Shown here piece by piece: positions 29,745 through 38,350 of a stretch of DNA of 64,000 nucleotides. Made by a program: the position numbers and the translations under genes. Numbering within the stretch: the first letter of the stretch is position 1; each line of letters opens with the position of its first letter. The notes under the pieces were generated by a model that made no database searches, was not told where the DNA came from, and saw only the letters and a program-made list of their open reading frames with translations. Source of the stretch: Deltaproteobacteria bacterium (GTDB lineage Bacteria; Desulfobacterota; Syntrophia; Syntrophales; UBA2185); the NCBI GenBank assembly GCA_026388545.1, contig JAPLJS010000114.1:94737-158736 (forward strand). The letters run 5' to 3'.

Positions 29745-29804
29745 AATTACCAGTAATAAAAATGCCTACATGTAACTTAGAGGGCGGAGCTGTATCAAGG
29801 CGAG

Positions 29805-29882
29805 ACCTTTCCCATGCAAAACGGTAAATTGAGGGGACCCAATCCCGGATTGACGCTTTGCTTAATACATGACCTGACCCCA
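29805..29882 (+). repeat. ~75-nt intergenic repeat (GCAAAACGGTAAATTGAGGGGACCCAATCCCGGATTGACGCTTYGCTTAATAC..GACCTGACCCC), copy 1
   Basis: Three same-orientation copies are at about 29.81, 30.41 and 31.40 kb. An internally deleted copy is at 5484..5516. Confidence 0.8.
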
Positions 29883-29905
29883 AAAAATGATGGAGGACTC
29901 GTAAC

Positions 29906-30175
29906 ATGAAAATAAAAGTAACTGAAGAAATCTGGAAAGAGGGCGGCATGTATGTGGCCTATTGCCCGGAGCTTGACATGGCGTCATGCGGTGAATCTAT
30001 CGAGGATGCAAAAAATAACTTGAAGGAAGTCATCTCGATCAATTTTGTAGAATGTAAAAAAATGGGAACTCTTGACCAATTGCTGCAAGAAGCCGGATTT
30101 TCCGAAGACCAGGGCAGTGTCCTGCTGGTCAGAAAAGAATTGGTTGGCTTTTCTGCTTTGGAAATCGGTATTTGA
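29906..30175 (+). CDS. hicB: HicB-like antitoxin
   Basis: IWKEGGMYVAYCPELDMASCGESIEDAKNNLKEVI is a HicB/UPF0150 pattern. Overlaps the next gene by 4 nt. Confidence 0.7.
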   Translation: MKIKVTEEIWKEGGMYVAYCPELDMASCGESIEDAKNNLKEVISINFVECKKMGTLDQLLQEAGFSEDQGSVLLVRKELVGFSALEIGI

Positions 30176-30405
30176 TGTCAGTTATCAGGCCTACGACGTA
30201 TCAGGTTCAGGTCAAAATTTTCGAAGCTGCCGGCTGTCGGTATGTTCGAACTCAGGGCGATCATCTTGTCTATTCATATCCCGGTGCATTACGGCCCGTC
30301 GTGATCCCCAAATATCAGGAAGTCCCAGCCTTTATCATCAAAAACAATATGAAGGTCATCGGAATGACAAGAGATCAATACTTTCAGTTTCTAAAAAATA
30401 TTTAA
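30172..30405 (+). CDS. hicA: HicA-like mRNA interferase toxin
   Basis: 77 aa. KIFEAAGCRYVRTQGDHLVYSYPGALRPVVIPKYQEVP is a YcfA/HicA pattern. Confidence 0.7.
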   Translation: MMSVIRPTTYQVQVKIFEAAGCRYVRTQGDHLVYSYPGALRPVVIPKYQEVPAFIIKNNMKVIGMTRDQYFQFLKNI

Positions 30406-30407
30406 AT

Positions 30408-30482
30408 CTGTCCCCCGCAAAACGGTAAATTGAGGGGACCCAACCCCGGATTGACGCTTCGCTTAATGCAAGACATGACCCG
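30408..30482 (+). repeat. ~75-nt intergenic repeat, copy 2
   Basis: See copy 1. Point changes within this copy create the ATG used by the next ORF. Confidence 0.8.
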
Positions 30483-30753
30483 ATCACATTTACTGAAAGC
30501 CGTTTACTGGGATGCGGATGTAGCTCCGGCGCAACTCAACCGACTGCTCCGCGGCGATATCGACCGGATCGGACATATCGACCGGATCAACCTGTATCGC
30601 CGGCTGCTGATGACCTATGACTGGTACACCCTTCTCGCCCTCATCCCCCCGGACCGTCTCGCGGAGGCATTGAGCGCGCCGGTGCTGGATCGCCTCTATC
30701 CCGAAAGCCTCAAGGAGCGCTATCGCTATGCCAGAAGCGTATTATTCGGCTAA
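30475..30753 (+). CDS. Small protein, putative cognate antitoxin of the AbiEii-like nucleotidyltransferase
   Basis: Overlaps the downstream NTase by 26 nt. A YWDAD...L...-type small partner is commonly seen upstream of AbiEii-like genes. The N-terminus of the track ORF is translated repeat. Confidence 0.4.
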   Translation: MTRSHLLKAVYWDADVAPAQLNRLLRGDIDRIGHIDRINLYRRLLMTYDWYTLLALIPPDRLAEALSAPVLDRLYPESLKERYRYARSVLFG

Positions 30754-31414
30754 ACTCTACCCTTTCATGGACAGAGTCTTGGCTCTGATCCGGCAGGCGG
30801 ATACGGGATTTTATCTCACCGGTGGAACTGCCCTCGGTCGGCATTACCTCCACCATCGCCATTCTGACGACCTCGATTTTTTCGTCAACGCGGCGGGGGA
30901 TTTCCGGGAGCAGGTCAAAAAAGTCCTGGAAACTCTGCATCGCGGCGGAATAGCGTTCGAACCGGGGACCGCTGCGGACACCTTTGTACGGATCATGGCC
31001 CGCGAGGAGGAAACGCTCCTGAAGATCGACTTCATCAATGACGTGGCGTTTCACTACGGCGATTTTCAGGAAGCGCCGTTTTATCCCCGCATCGACCACT
31101 GGCGAAACATCCTGTCGAACAAGCTCTGCGCTCTCTCCCGACGGGAACCGAAGGACATGGCCGATATCCTCGCCATCGCCGGGCGCTACTCCTTTGCATG
31201 GCCGGAGATCTTCAGCGAAGCCCGACAGAAGGATCTCTGGGTCGAACCAATTGAAATATCCAGAATCATTCATGAGTTTCCCGTGGAGCTGCTAAAGGCC
31301 GTGAAATGGGAGCGACCTTTCGATCCCGTCGTCTTCACCGCCGCCCTCAAGGCGGTGCATCGGGATATCTTTCATGGCCTCGATAACTCACTCCAGTCCC
31401 CCGCAAAACGCTAA
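30728..31414 (+). CDS. AbiEii/AbiGii-like nucleotidyltransferase toxin family protein
   Basis: FYLTGGTALGRHYLHHRHSDDLDFF is the NTase motif. About 228 aa. The 3' end (..SPAKR*) lies inside repeat copy 3. Confidence 0.65.
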   Translation: MPEAYYSAKLYPFMDRVLALIRQADTGFYLTGGTALGRHYLHHRHSDDLDFFVNAAGDFREQVKKVLETLHRGGIAFEPGTAADTFVRIMAREEETLLKIDFINDVAFHYGDFQEAPFYPRIDHWRNILSNKLCALSRREPKDMADILAIAGRYSFAWPEIFSEARQKDLWVEPIEISRIIHEFPVELLKAVKWERPFDPVVFTAALKAVHRDIFHGLDNSLQSPAKR

Positions 31415-31472
31415 ATTGAGGGGCCCCAATCCCGGATTGACGCTTCGCTTAATACAAGACCTGACCCCCGAC
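31397..31472 (+). repeat. ~75-nt intergenic repeat, copy 3
   Basis: See copy 1. It abuts the truncated Fic gene. Confidence 0.8.
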
Positions 31473-31473
31473 T

Positions 31474-32058
31474 CACTGGGACGCAGGAAAGTACAAGGAA
31501 AAAGACGGGGATATCATCGAACGGTATCCGGATGGCCGGGAGCGTATCCGCTTCAAGACAGTGGCCGCATCCAATGCCCCCGAATATCTGGAGGCTCTCG
31601 TTTCATTATGGTTCCGCGCTCTTGAGGAAAGATGGGTTCACCCTCTCATCGCGCTGGCGGCATTCAATCTCGACTTTCTGTGCATCCATCCGTTTCGCGA
31701 TGGAAACGGCAGGGTTTCCCGTCTCTTGCTTTTACTGCAAAGTTATCATCTGGGATACGAGGTGGGAAGGTACATCAGCCTGGAACGCCTGATCGAACAG
31801 AATAAGGAGCGATACTACGAAACCCTTGAACAGAGTTCCCAAGGATGGCACGAAGGAAAGCATGACCCCTGGCCGTATATCAACTACCTGCTGTTTATCC
31901 TCAAAACGGCTTATCGCGAATTCGAAAGCCGCCTGGACATAACGGAAAGCCCCCTGGACATAACGGAAAGCCCCCGCGCCCCTAATGTCATTCCCGCGCA
32001 GGCGGGAATCCAGGAAGCTCTCAAAAAATTGGTTGACAATCGTCCGCAAAGTGGTTAA
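31474..32058 (+). pseudogene. Fic/DOC family protein remnant (truncated at both ends)
   Basis: Fic motif HPFRDGNGRVSR is present. The frame is open back to 31474 with no start and no N-terminal domain. The C-terminus runs into a 21-bp tandem duplication and a REP element (VIPAQAGIQ). Confidence 0.7.
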
Positions 32059-32067
32059 TATTCGTCC

Positions 32068-33297
32068 ATGATTAAAAGGTATATCATCAATAATATTCAG
32101 GAAGCTCTTTCCGACACCCCAGTTGTGCTGTTGAGTGGTGCGAGGCAGACAGGCAAGAGCACCCTGGTAAAATGGCTGGCGGAGGGCTCCCATCCGGCGC
32201 GGTACGTCACCCTCGATGACGCCGCGGTTTTTGCCTCGATCAAGCAGGACCCTGTCGGTTTCATCCAGGGTCTCGACGGTGCGGTGGTGATTGACGAGGT
32301 TCAACGGGTCCCGGAGCTGTTTTCCGCTATCAAGCTGTCTGTTGACCGGGAGCGAGATCCGGGGCGTTTCCTGTTGACGGGTTCGGCCAATGTTTTGCTC
32401 CTCCCCCGCCTTTCCGATTCCCTGGCGGGCCGTATGGAAATCCTGACCCTCTGGCCGTTTTCGCAGGGTGAGTGGGAAGGCGGCGGCGATGCTTTTGTCG
32501 ATAACGTCTTTCATGATCAGGTTCCGTTTGTAAAAAGTTCAGAGAATCGTTCCGATCTGATGCAGCGCCTGCTCACGGGCGGCTATCCGGAGATGCTTAA
32601 CCGGGTGAAACCGGCCCGGCGCCGAGCTTGGTTTTCCGCATATACAACTACCATCCTGCAACGGGATGTGAAAGATCTGGCCCAAATTGACGGATTGACG
32701 GCCTTCCCGAGGCTGTTCTCGCTGCTGGCGGCCAGGACGGGGACGATTCTGAACATTGCCGAATTGTCACGGAGCGTCGGCCTGCCGCAAACGACGTTGA
32801 AACGGTACCTGGCGCTGTTGGAGACGACCTTCTTCACGGTTCTGCTGCCGCCGTGGTCGGGGAATTTCAGCAAGCGCCTGGTAAAGACGCCCAAGCTTTA
32901 CCTGAATGACACGGGATTGGCGGCCCATCTTCTTGGCGTCTATTCGGAAGAGATGCTGGGGGAGGGCCGACTTCTGGGCCCGTTGCTGGAAAATTTCGTC
33001 CTTCTGGAGCTGCTGAAACAGGCGTCATGGAGTGAAACCCAGCCACGACTTTTCTATTTCCGCACCCAGGCGGGACAGGAAATCGATGTGGTGATGGAGG
33101 ACCCGGCGGGACGCATCGTCGGCATCGAAATCAAGGCGGCGGCCACTCTGACGAGGAGAGACTTTGCAGCCTTGAAGGATTTTTCCGAAAGCATGGGCGA
33201 CGCCTTTCACCGCGGCATCATTCTCTATACAGGCAGCGAACCGGTATCTTTCGGCAAGAATTTACATGCCCTGCCCGTATCAACCCTCTGGAAATAA
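32068..33297 (+). CDS. AAA-type ATPase with DUF4143-like C-terminal domain
   Basis: Walker A GARQTGKST and Walker B VVIDEVQ. The C-terminal region is typical of AAA_14/DUF4143 proteins. Confidence 0.8.
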   Translation: MIKRYIINNIQEALSDTPVVLLSGARQTGKSTLVKWLAEGSHPARYVTLDDAAVFASIKQDPVGFIQGLDGAVVIDEVQRVPELFSAIKLSVDRERDPGRFLLTGSANVLLLPRLSDSLAGRMEILTLWPFSQGEWEGGGDAFVDNVFHDQVPFVKSSENRSDLMQRLLTGGYPEMLNRVKPARRRAWFSAYTTTILQRDVKDLAQIDGLTAFPRLFSLLAARTGTILNIAELSRSVGLPQTTLKRYLALLETTFFTVLLPPWSGNFSKRLVKTPKLYLNDTGLAAHLLGVYSEEMLGEGRLLGPLLENFVLLELLKQASWSETQPRLFYFRTQAGQEIDVVMEDPAGRIVGIEIKAAATLTRRDFAALKDFSESMGDAFHRGIILYTGSEPVSFGKNLHALPVSTLWK

Positions 33298-33321
33298 ATA
33301 TGGAAACCTTTTACATCAAAC

Positions 33322-33353
33322 ATAAAAACCGCCAGAGGTTGTGCAAAGGTCTC
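33322..33353 (+). repeat. Solo IS5-family-like terminal repeat (right-end type)
   Basis: 31 of 32 nt identical to 5883..5914. Lies 140 nt upstream of the multicopper oxidase start. Confidence 0.55.
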
Positions 33354-33490
33354 TAAGTGAACCCCTTGCCCGGCTAATCCCTTTCCTTATTTCAATTTAA
33401 GATATTTTTGCAGTAAAGATCATGTTTCTCCTGATTGTAATGATGTCATTAATAAGGGAAAATGCGGCAAAACAATACAGGAGGTGTGAG

Positions 33491-36400
33491 ATGAATAAAC
33501 GGAAATTTTTGATATATATAACTTTACTATTGACAGTTACCGTCCTTTCCTGGGGGGTCGGCCAGGGGTGGGCCAGGCCATTGACCTCCCCCGGCGGCCA
33601 GCCGGATTATTTCGAAACCCCCAACTGGGCCAACAGCCCGCCGCTGCCGAAGTTTGTCGACCCTCTTCCCGGGTTGTGGGATCCCAGAAATGGCGCCGCC
33701 CCCGCCAAGAGTATCCCTCTTGCCGTTCCGGACACACTTACCTATCCGGGATCTGATTACTACGAGATCGAACTGCGAGAGTACTCCGAGGTGATGCATT
33801 CATCCATGCCCGCCACCAGGCTGCGGGGCTATGTGCAGGTCAACAACGGCACCAACATTGCCGGCACCGCCAATGATGTCGTCCCGGCAGGAGTGCGTTA
33901 CCTGGGACCCCTGATCGTTGCCACAAAAAACCGGCCGGTGCGCATCAAGTTTACCAACAAGCTGCCCACAGGAGCCAGCGGCAATCTCTTCATACCGGTG
34001 GACACCACCGTTATGGGGTCCGGGGCATATGAGATCAATTACGATCCCGTGACCAAGGCGCCCAGCACGACGAAAACCGGCACTTTCTCTCAGAACCGGG
34101 CAGACCTCCATCTCCACGGCGGCCGCACCCCCTGGATCAGCGACGGGACGCCCCACCAGTGGATCACCCCGAACGGAGAAGTCACCGACTACGCCAAGGG
34201 TGTTAGCGTGGCCTATGTGCCCGATATGTGGTTTACCGCAACAGGGGTGCACATCACCGATCCCGCCTGTGCGGGTAAGACCACCTGCGCCACTGCGGGT
34301 GCGACGAACAATCCCGGCGCCGGATCGCAGACCTACTATTATACAAATCAACAGAGCGCCCGGCTGATGTTCTACCACGACCATGCCTGGGGAATCACGC
34401 GCCTCAACGTCTATGTCGGCATGGCCGCGGGATACATGATTCAGGACGCAGTTGAGCAGGCCTTGATTGCCCCCGGAAAGATTCCCTCCACCCAGATTCC
34501 TCTGATCATTCAGGACAAAACCTTCGTGAACGCCGATACCATCCACAACACTGTCGCTAACGGCAACACCGGCACCGACCCAACCTGGAACTGGGGATCG
34601 ACCCCCGGGACGGCGGTTACCGGCGACCTCTGGTGGCCCCATGTCTACATGCCCGCGGAGAATCCCTATAATCCTGACATGACCGGCTCAAACCCGATGG
34701 GCCGGTGGTTCTACGGCCCCTGGTTCTTCCCGGCGACCCCGTTGTGCGGATCATCCCCCAACGCAGTGCCGCCTTTATGCATCACCCACGGACCAGTCAC
34801 GAATGCCTGGTACGATCCGGCATGCGTTCCCGATCCCACGGGAGTATTGAACAACAACTTCTGCCAGCCGCCGGAAATGCCGGGCACTCCCAATGTTTCC
34901 TGGGGGGCGGAAGCCTTCTTGGACACCATGATGGTCAACGGCGCCGCCTATCCCACCCTTACGGTGGATCCAAAGGAATACCGATTCCGGGTCCTGAACG
35001 CCGCCCATGACCGGTTCCTCAACCTGCAACTGTACCAGGCCGTCAACAAGATTGGTTATACCAATCCGACAAATTCGCTTAACTTCGCAGGTGCTTTGAC
35101 GGATCTGACGGAAGTCGCAATGGTTCCTGCGGCTCCAAACGTGCTCTTCCCGGCTACCTGGCCAACAGATGGCAGGGAGGGCGGTGTGCCCAATCCGAAC
35201 ACGCGGGGTCCCGCAATGATCCAGATTGGCACCGAAGGCGGCTTCCTGCCGACGCCGGTGGTGCTGCCCAACCAGCCGATCACCTGGAACTACGACCCGA
35301 CAACCTTCAATTTCGGGAATGTCAACGGAGGCACGCTCATCCTGGGACCGGCTGAACGGGCCGACGTGATCGTCGATTTCACCAAGTTCGCCGGCCAGAC
35401 CCTTATTCTCTACAACGATGCTCCCACGGCGTTCCCGGCGCTCGTCCCGCAATATGACTATTATACGGGCGCCCCGGATCGTCGAGACATGGGCGGCGCA
35501 AATACAATACTGCCGGGCGTTGGTCCCAACATCAGGACGGTCATGCAGATCGTGGTGACGGGAAGCGGCGGCGCCGCCACCCCCGATGACTACAACGTGA
35601 CTACCCTGGCCAACCTGCAGACGGCGATTGCCGCCCCGACCACGGGCGCCTTCGCAGTGGGGCAGGAGCCGATCGTGGTGGGGCAGACCGCCTACAATTC
35701 CAACTACGGAAGGACGTTCCCCAGGACCTGGCCGAACTGGGGTATTTCAAGGATTTCCGACACCTCCTTGAGCTTCCAGAGGGTTGACGGCACGGCAGTG
35801 ACCAATTTCCCGATGCAACCCAAGGCCATTCATGACGAAATGGGCGCGAGCTTCGACGACTACGGACGGATGGCCGCCAAACTGGGGCTGGAAGTTCCGT
35901 TTACCAACGCCGCCATCGCGAACTTCGTCCTTCAGAACTTCGTCGATCCGGCTACCGAGATTGTGAGACCGAACCAGGTCCAGATCTGGAAGATCACGCA
36001 CAATGGCGTGGACACGCACCCCATCCACTTCCACCTGTTCGACGTGCAGGTGATCAACCGGGCTGGCTGGGACGGGCTGATCAGACTGCCCGACGCCAAC
36101 GAACTAGGCTGGAAGGACACGGTCCGGATCAGTCCGCTGGAGGATACGATCGTTGCCTTCAAGCCGATTATGCCGACGTTTCCCTTCGCTGTTCCCGATA
36201 GCGTCCGTCCGCTGAACCCGGCGTCTCCGATAGGCTCCACCGAGGGGTTTTCGCAGATCGACACGCTCACAGGAGGCCCCATAGCGGTGCCAACCACCAA
36301 TCAGATGACCAACTTTGGCAACGAGTACGTGTGGCACTGCCACATCCTCAGCCATGAAGAGAACGACATGATGCGGCCGATTGTATTAGTGCCGGAGGTG

Positions 36401-36826
36401 CCCAGGCTCCTTTGGGTCCATACGACCGGGCGGGCCAATCTTTGGAAATTGGATTCCACGGATAACCTTGTCAGTCAAAAGCTTTATGGTCCCTTCGCGG
36501 GATGGACGCCGGTAGGCTATTATCCGAACACGGACAGCACGGGAGGGGGCAGGCTCCTTTGGGTCCATACGTCCGGGCAGGCCAATCTTTGGAAATTGGA
36601 TGCCACGGATAACCTTGTCAATCAAAAGCTTTATGGTCCCTTCGCGGGATGGACGCCGGTAGGTTTTTCCCCGAGATCGGACGGCACGGGCAGGCTCCTC
36701 TGGAAAGATACATCCGGGCAGGCCCAAATTCGGAAATTGGATGCCACGGATACCTATGTCAGTTTAAAGTCTTATGGCCCCTTCGCGGGATGGACGCCAC
36801 TGAACTTCGAGCAGCCAATCGAGTGA
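33491..36826 (+). CDS. Large secreted multicopper oxidase with triple C-terminal repeat
   Basis: All four MCO copper motifs are present: HLHG, YHDHAWG, HPIHFH and HCHILSHEENDMM. N-terminal signal peptide. AGGAGG RBS before the ATG at 33491. Confidence 0.9.
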   Translation: MNKRKFLIYITLLLTVTVLSWGVGQGWARPLTSPGGQPDYFETPNWANSPPLPKFVDPLPGLWDPRNGAAPAKSIPLAVPDTLTYPGSDYYEIELREYSEVMHSSMPATRLRGYVQVNNGTNIAGTANDVVPAGVRYLGPLIVATKNRPVRIKFTNKLPTGASGNLFIPVDTTVMGSGAYEINYDPVTKAPSTTKTGTFSQNRADLHLHGGRTPWISDGTPHQWITPNGEVTDYAKGVSVAYVPDMWFTATGVHITDPACAGKTTCATAGATNNPGAGSQTYYYTNQQSARLMFYHDHAWGITRLNVYVGMAAGYMIQDAVEQALIAPGKIPSTQIPLIIQDKTFVNADTIHNTVANGNTGTDPTWNWGSTPGTAVTGDLWWPHVYMPAENPYNPDMTGSNPMGRWFYGPWFFPATPLCGSSPNAVPPLCITHGPVTNAWYDPACVPDPTGVLNNNFCQPPEMPGTPNVSWGAEAFLDTMMVNGAAYPTLTVDPKEYRFRVLNAAHDRFLNLQLYQAVNKIGYTNPTNSLNFAGALTDLTEVAMVPAAPNVLFPATWPTDGREGGVPNPNTRGPAMIQIGTEGGFLPTPVVLPNQPITWNYDPTTFNFGNVNGGTLILGPAERADVIVDFTKFAGQTLILYNDAPTAFPALVPQYDYYTGAPDRRDMGGANTILPGVGPNIRTVMQIVVTGSGGAATPDDYNVTTLANLQTAIAAPTTGAFAVGQEPIVVGQTAYNSNYGRTFPRTWPNWGISRISDTSLSFQRVDGTAVTNFPMQPKAIHDEMGASFDDYGRMAAKLGLEVPFTNAAIANFVLQNFVDPATEIVRPNQVQIWKITHNGVDTHPIHFHLFDVQVINRAGWDGLIRLPDANELGWKDTVRISPLEDTIVAFKPIMPTFPFAVPDSVRPLNPASPIGSTEGFSQIDTLTGGPIAVPTTNQMTNFGNEYVWHCHILSHEENDMMRPIVLVPEVPRLLWVHTTGRANLWKLDSTDNLVSQKLYGPFAGWTPVGYYPNTDSTGGGRLLWVHTSGQANLWKLDATDNLVNQKLYGPFAGWTPVGFSPRSDGTGRLLWKDTSGQAQIRKLDATDTYVSLKSYGPFAGWTPLNFEQPIE
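36404..36823 (+). repeat. Three in-frame tandem repeats (~141-147 nt) encoding RLLW..T.G.A..WKLD.TDN.V..K.YGPFAGWTP
   Basis: Units at 36404-36550, 36551-36691 and 36692-36823. Units 1 and 2 are nearly identical at the DNA level. Confidence 0.9.
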
Positions 36827-36855
36827 ATAAGATTTTCGAATCCATCTGAACCATT

Positions 36856-36896
36856 CAGGGAGGAGACCAGGTTCATCGATCTCCTCCCTGATTATT
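36856..36896 (+). terminator. Terminator-like hairpin after the multicopper oxidase gene
   Basis: CAGGGAGGAGA (36856-36866) pairs perfectly with TCTCCTCCCTG (36880-36890) and is followed by A/T-rich sequence. Confidence 0.55.
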
Positions 36897-36966
36897 GACA
36901 AGGAGAACGAATAAAACTGAAGATGACATTGAAGTGAGAGCTTTATCTTAGGAAATAAGTAAAGCG

Positions 36967-37109
36967 CCAAAATCTTTGCACAAGTCCCGTTGGTAAATCC
37001 AAACAAATTCTAGATAATATTCATTTAACATATTGATAGTACTTTACAATAATAGATATTTATGGTAGTTTTCCGGTCAAATTCATCTTTGAAGGATACC
37101 GACATGGCA
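36967..37109 (+). mobile_element. IS5-family left-end remnant (IRL + 5' UTR + start codon only)
   Basis: Collinear with 49273..49414 of the intact IS: AAATCTTTGCACAAGTCC, ATTTAACATATTGATA, TTCCGGTCAAATTCATCTTTGAAGGATACCGACATGGC. Similarity ends just after the ATG. Confidence 0.65.
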
Positions 37110-37167
37110 TATCTATGTGAGACACAGCGCCGAATAATAAGCGATAAAATAATAAAAGAAAAATACT

Positions 37168-38196
37168 TTGGTTAAAAAAGATATGGTTTCAATCAAAAAG
37201 ACATTCAAAGTTTTTACAATCCTTTTGTTGTTATCACTTCTTTGCATCGTCGGATGCGATCAAGGCGGCGAAAACCTCGTCGAAACTTCAAACACTCAAC
37301 AAAGCATCAATCGAAGCATCACTCCTGTTTCGCTGTTTAATTCATCGGCGTCTTTGAATTGGACAATGATTAATGTCGGTTTTGGGGATGCACACCTCAT
37401 CCAGATAAAAGACGGCAAGACAATTTTAATTGATACAGGACTTGTTTCTAATGCTCAAAGCTACCTAATTCCCTATATAGGAGTTATCCCTATTAATAAA
37501 ATTGATTATGTTTTTATAACCCATCCTCATTCCGACCACTACGAAGGATTGACTGCACTTATTTCCAGTAACATATCAATTGGCGCCGTTTATTTTAATG
37601 TTCCCACCGATGATAGATGTGAGGCTGAATCTTGGGGATGCAATGCACAAGATATTGCGGATATAATAAAATTATTGGAAGAGAAAAATGTACCTCTTAA
37701 TAAAGCGGAAGCAGGGATGAGTTTTGATATAGGCGATGATAGCAGTTTAGACATTTTATATGCATTCAATGTAACTAATTCACCTGTCGGCAGCATCGAT
37801 TTGAATGATGAATCTTTGGTTACGCTTGTGCGGCACAAAAATCATCGCTTTCTTTTAACCGGAGATCTCAACTCTAAAATAGGAACATATCTCGCCGCAA
37901 ACGGTCAAGATTTGCAAGCTGATGTTCTAAAATTTCCTCATCACGGAACAGCAGGAATAGCGCCCAACAGCTTTTTTGATAAAATCAATCCACAGTATGT
38001 TATAATTACATCTCCATCTGATCTGTGGTGTTCCGATCGCAGTACACAAGCACGCAGTTGGCTAAAAGAAAAAAACATTCCTGCCTACATTACCGGTTTT
38101 CACGGCAATGTAAACATCGGCGTCGTCAACGACAAATTGACATTTGCAACGCAATACGATTATCAAACTACTAATTTGTGCAATGAAACCAAGTAA
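37168..38196 (+). CDS. MBL-fold metallo-hydrolase lipoprotein (ComEC C-terminal-like)
   Basis: Lipobox LLCIVGC. Metallo-beta-lactamase motif FITHPHSDHYEG and downstream HHG. AT-rich gene. Confidence 0.7.
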   Translation: MVKKDMVSIKKTFKVFTILLLLSLLCIVGCDQGGENLVETSNTQQSINRSITPVSLFNSSASLNWTMINVGFGDAHLIQIKDGKTILIDTGLVSNAQSYLIPYIGVIPINKIDYVFITHPHSDHYEGLTALISSNISIGAVYFNVPTDDRCEAESWGCNAQDIADIIKLLEEKNVPLNKAEAGMSFDIGDDSSLDILYAFNVTNSPVGSIDLNDESLVTLVRHKNHRFLLTGDLNSKIGTYLAANGQDLQADVLKFPHHGTAGIAPNSFFDKINPQYVIITSPSDLWCSDRSTQARSWLKEKNIPAYITGFHGNVNIGVVNDKLTFATQYDYQTTNLCNETK

Positions 38197-38224
38197 TGAG
38201 AGCTTTGAGAAATGCAGAATACCT

Positions 38225-38294
38225 GTCATTCCCGTGGAGACGGGAATCCATATGCTATAAACAATGCTGGGCACCCGCCTGCGCGGGAGTGACA
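38225..38294. repeat. Bipartite REP-like element (GTCATTCCCG-N6-CGGGAATCC ... CTGGGCACCCGCCTGCGCGGGAGTGACA)
   Basis: Read directly from the sequence. See the family listed at 15785. Confidence 0.6.
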
Positions 38295-38350
38295 AAGAAG
38301 GAGAATTTCTAATAAAATAAAAAGATCTCGTAATGCATTTCTAAAGATTC

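Noticed and set aside
31732-32514. A 260-aa minus-strand ORF spanning the Fic remnant and the DUF4143 ATPase start.
   Set aside because: It overlaps two well-supported plus-strand features, translates a REP element and has no recognisable domain.
33527-36727. Many long antisense and alternative-frame ORFs inside the multicopper oxidase gene, for example 33800..34642 (280 aa), 34775..35452 (225 aa) and 35932..36300.
   Set aside because: They are Gly/Arg/Pro-rich with no recognisable motifs. They are fully nested in a strongly supported GC-rich gene, where a lack of stop codons is expected.
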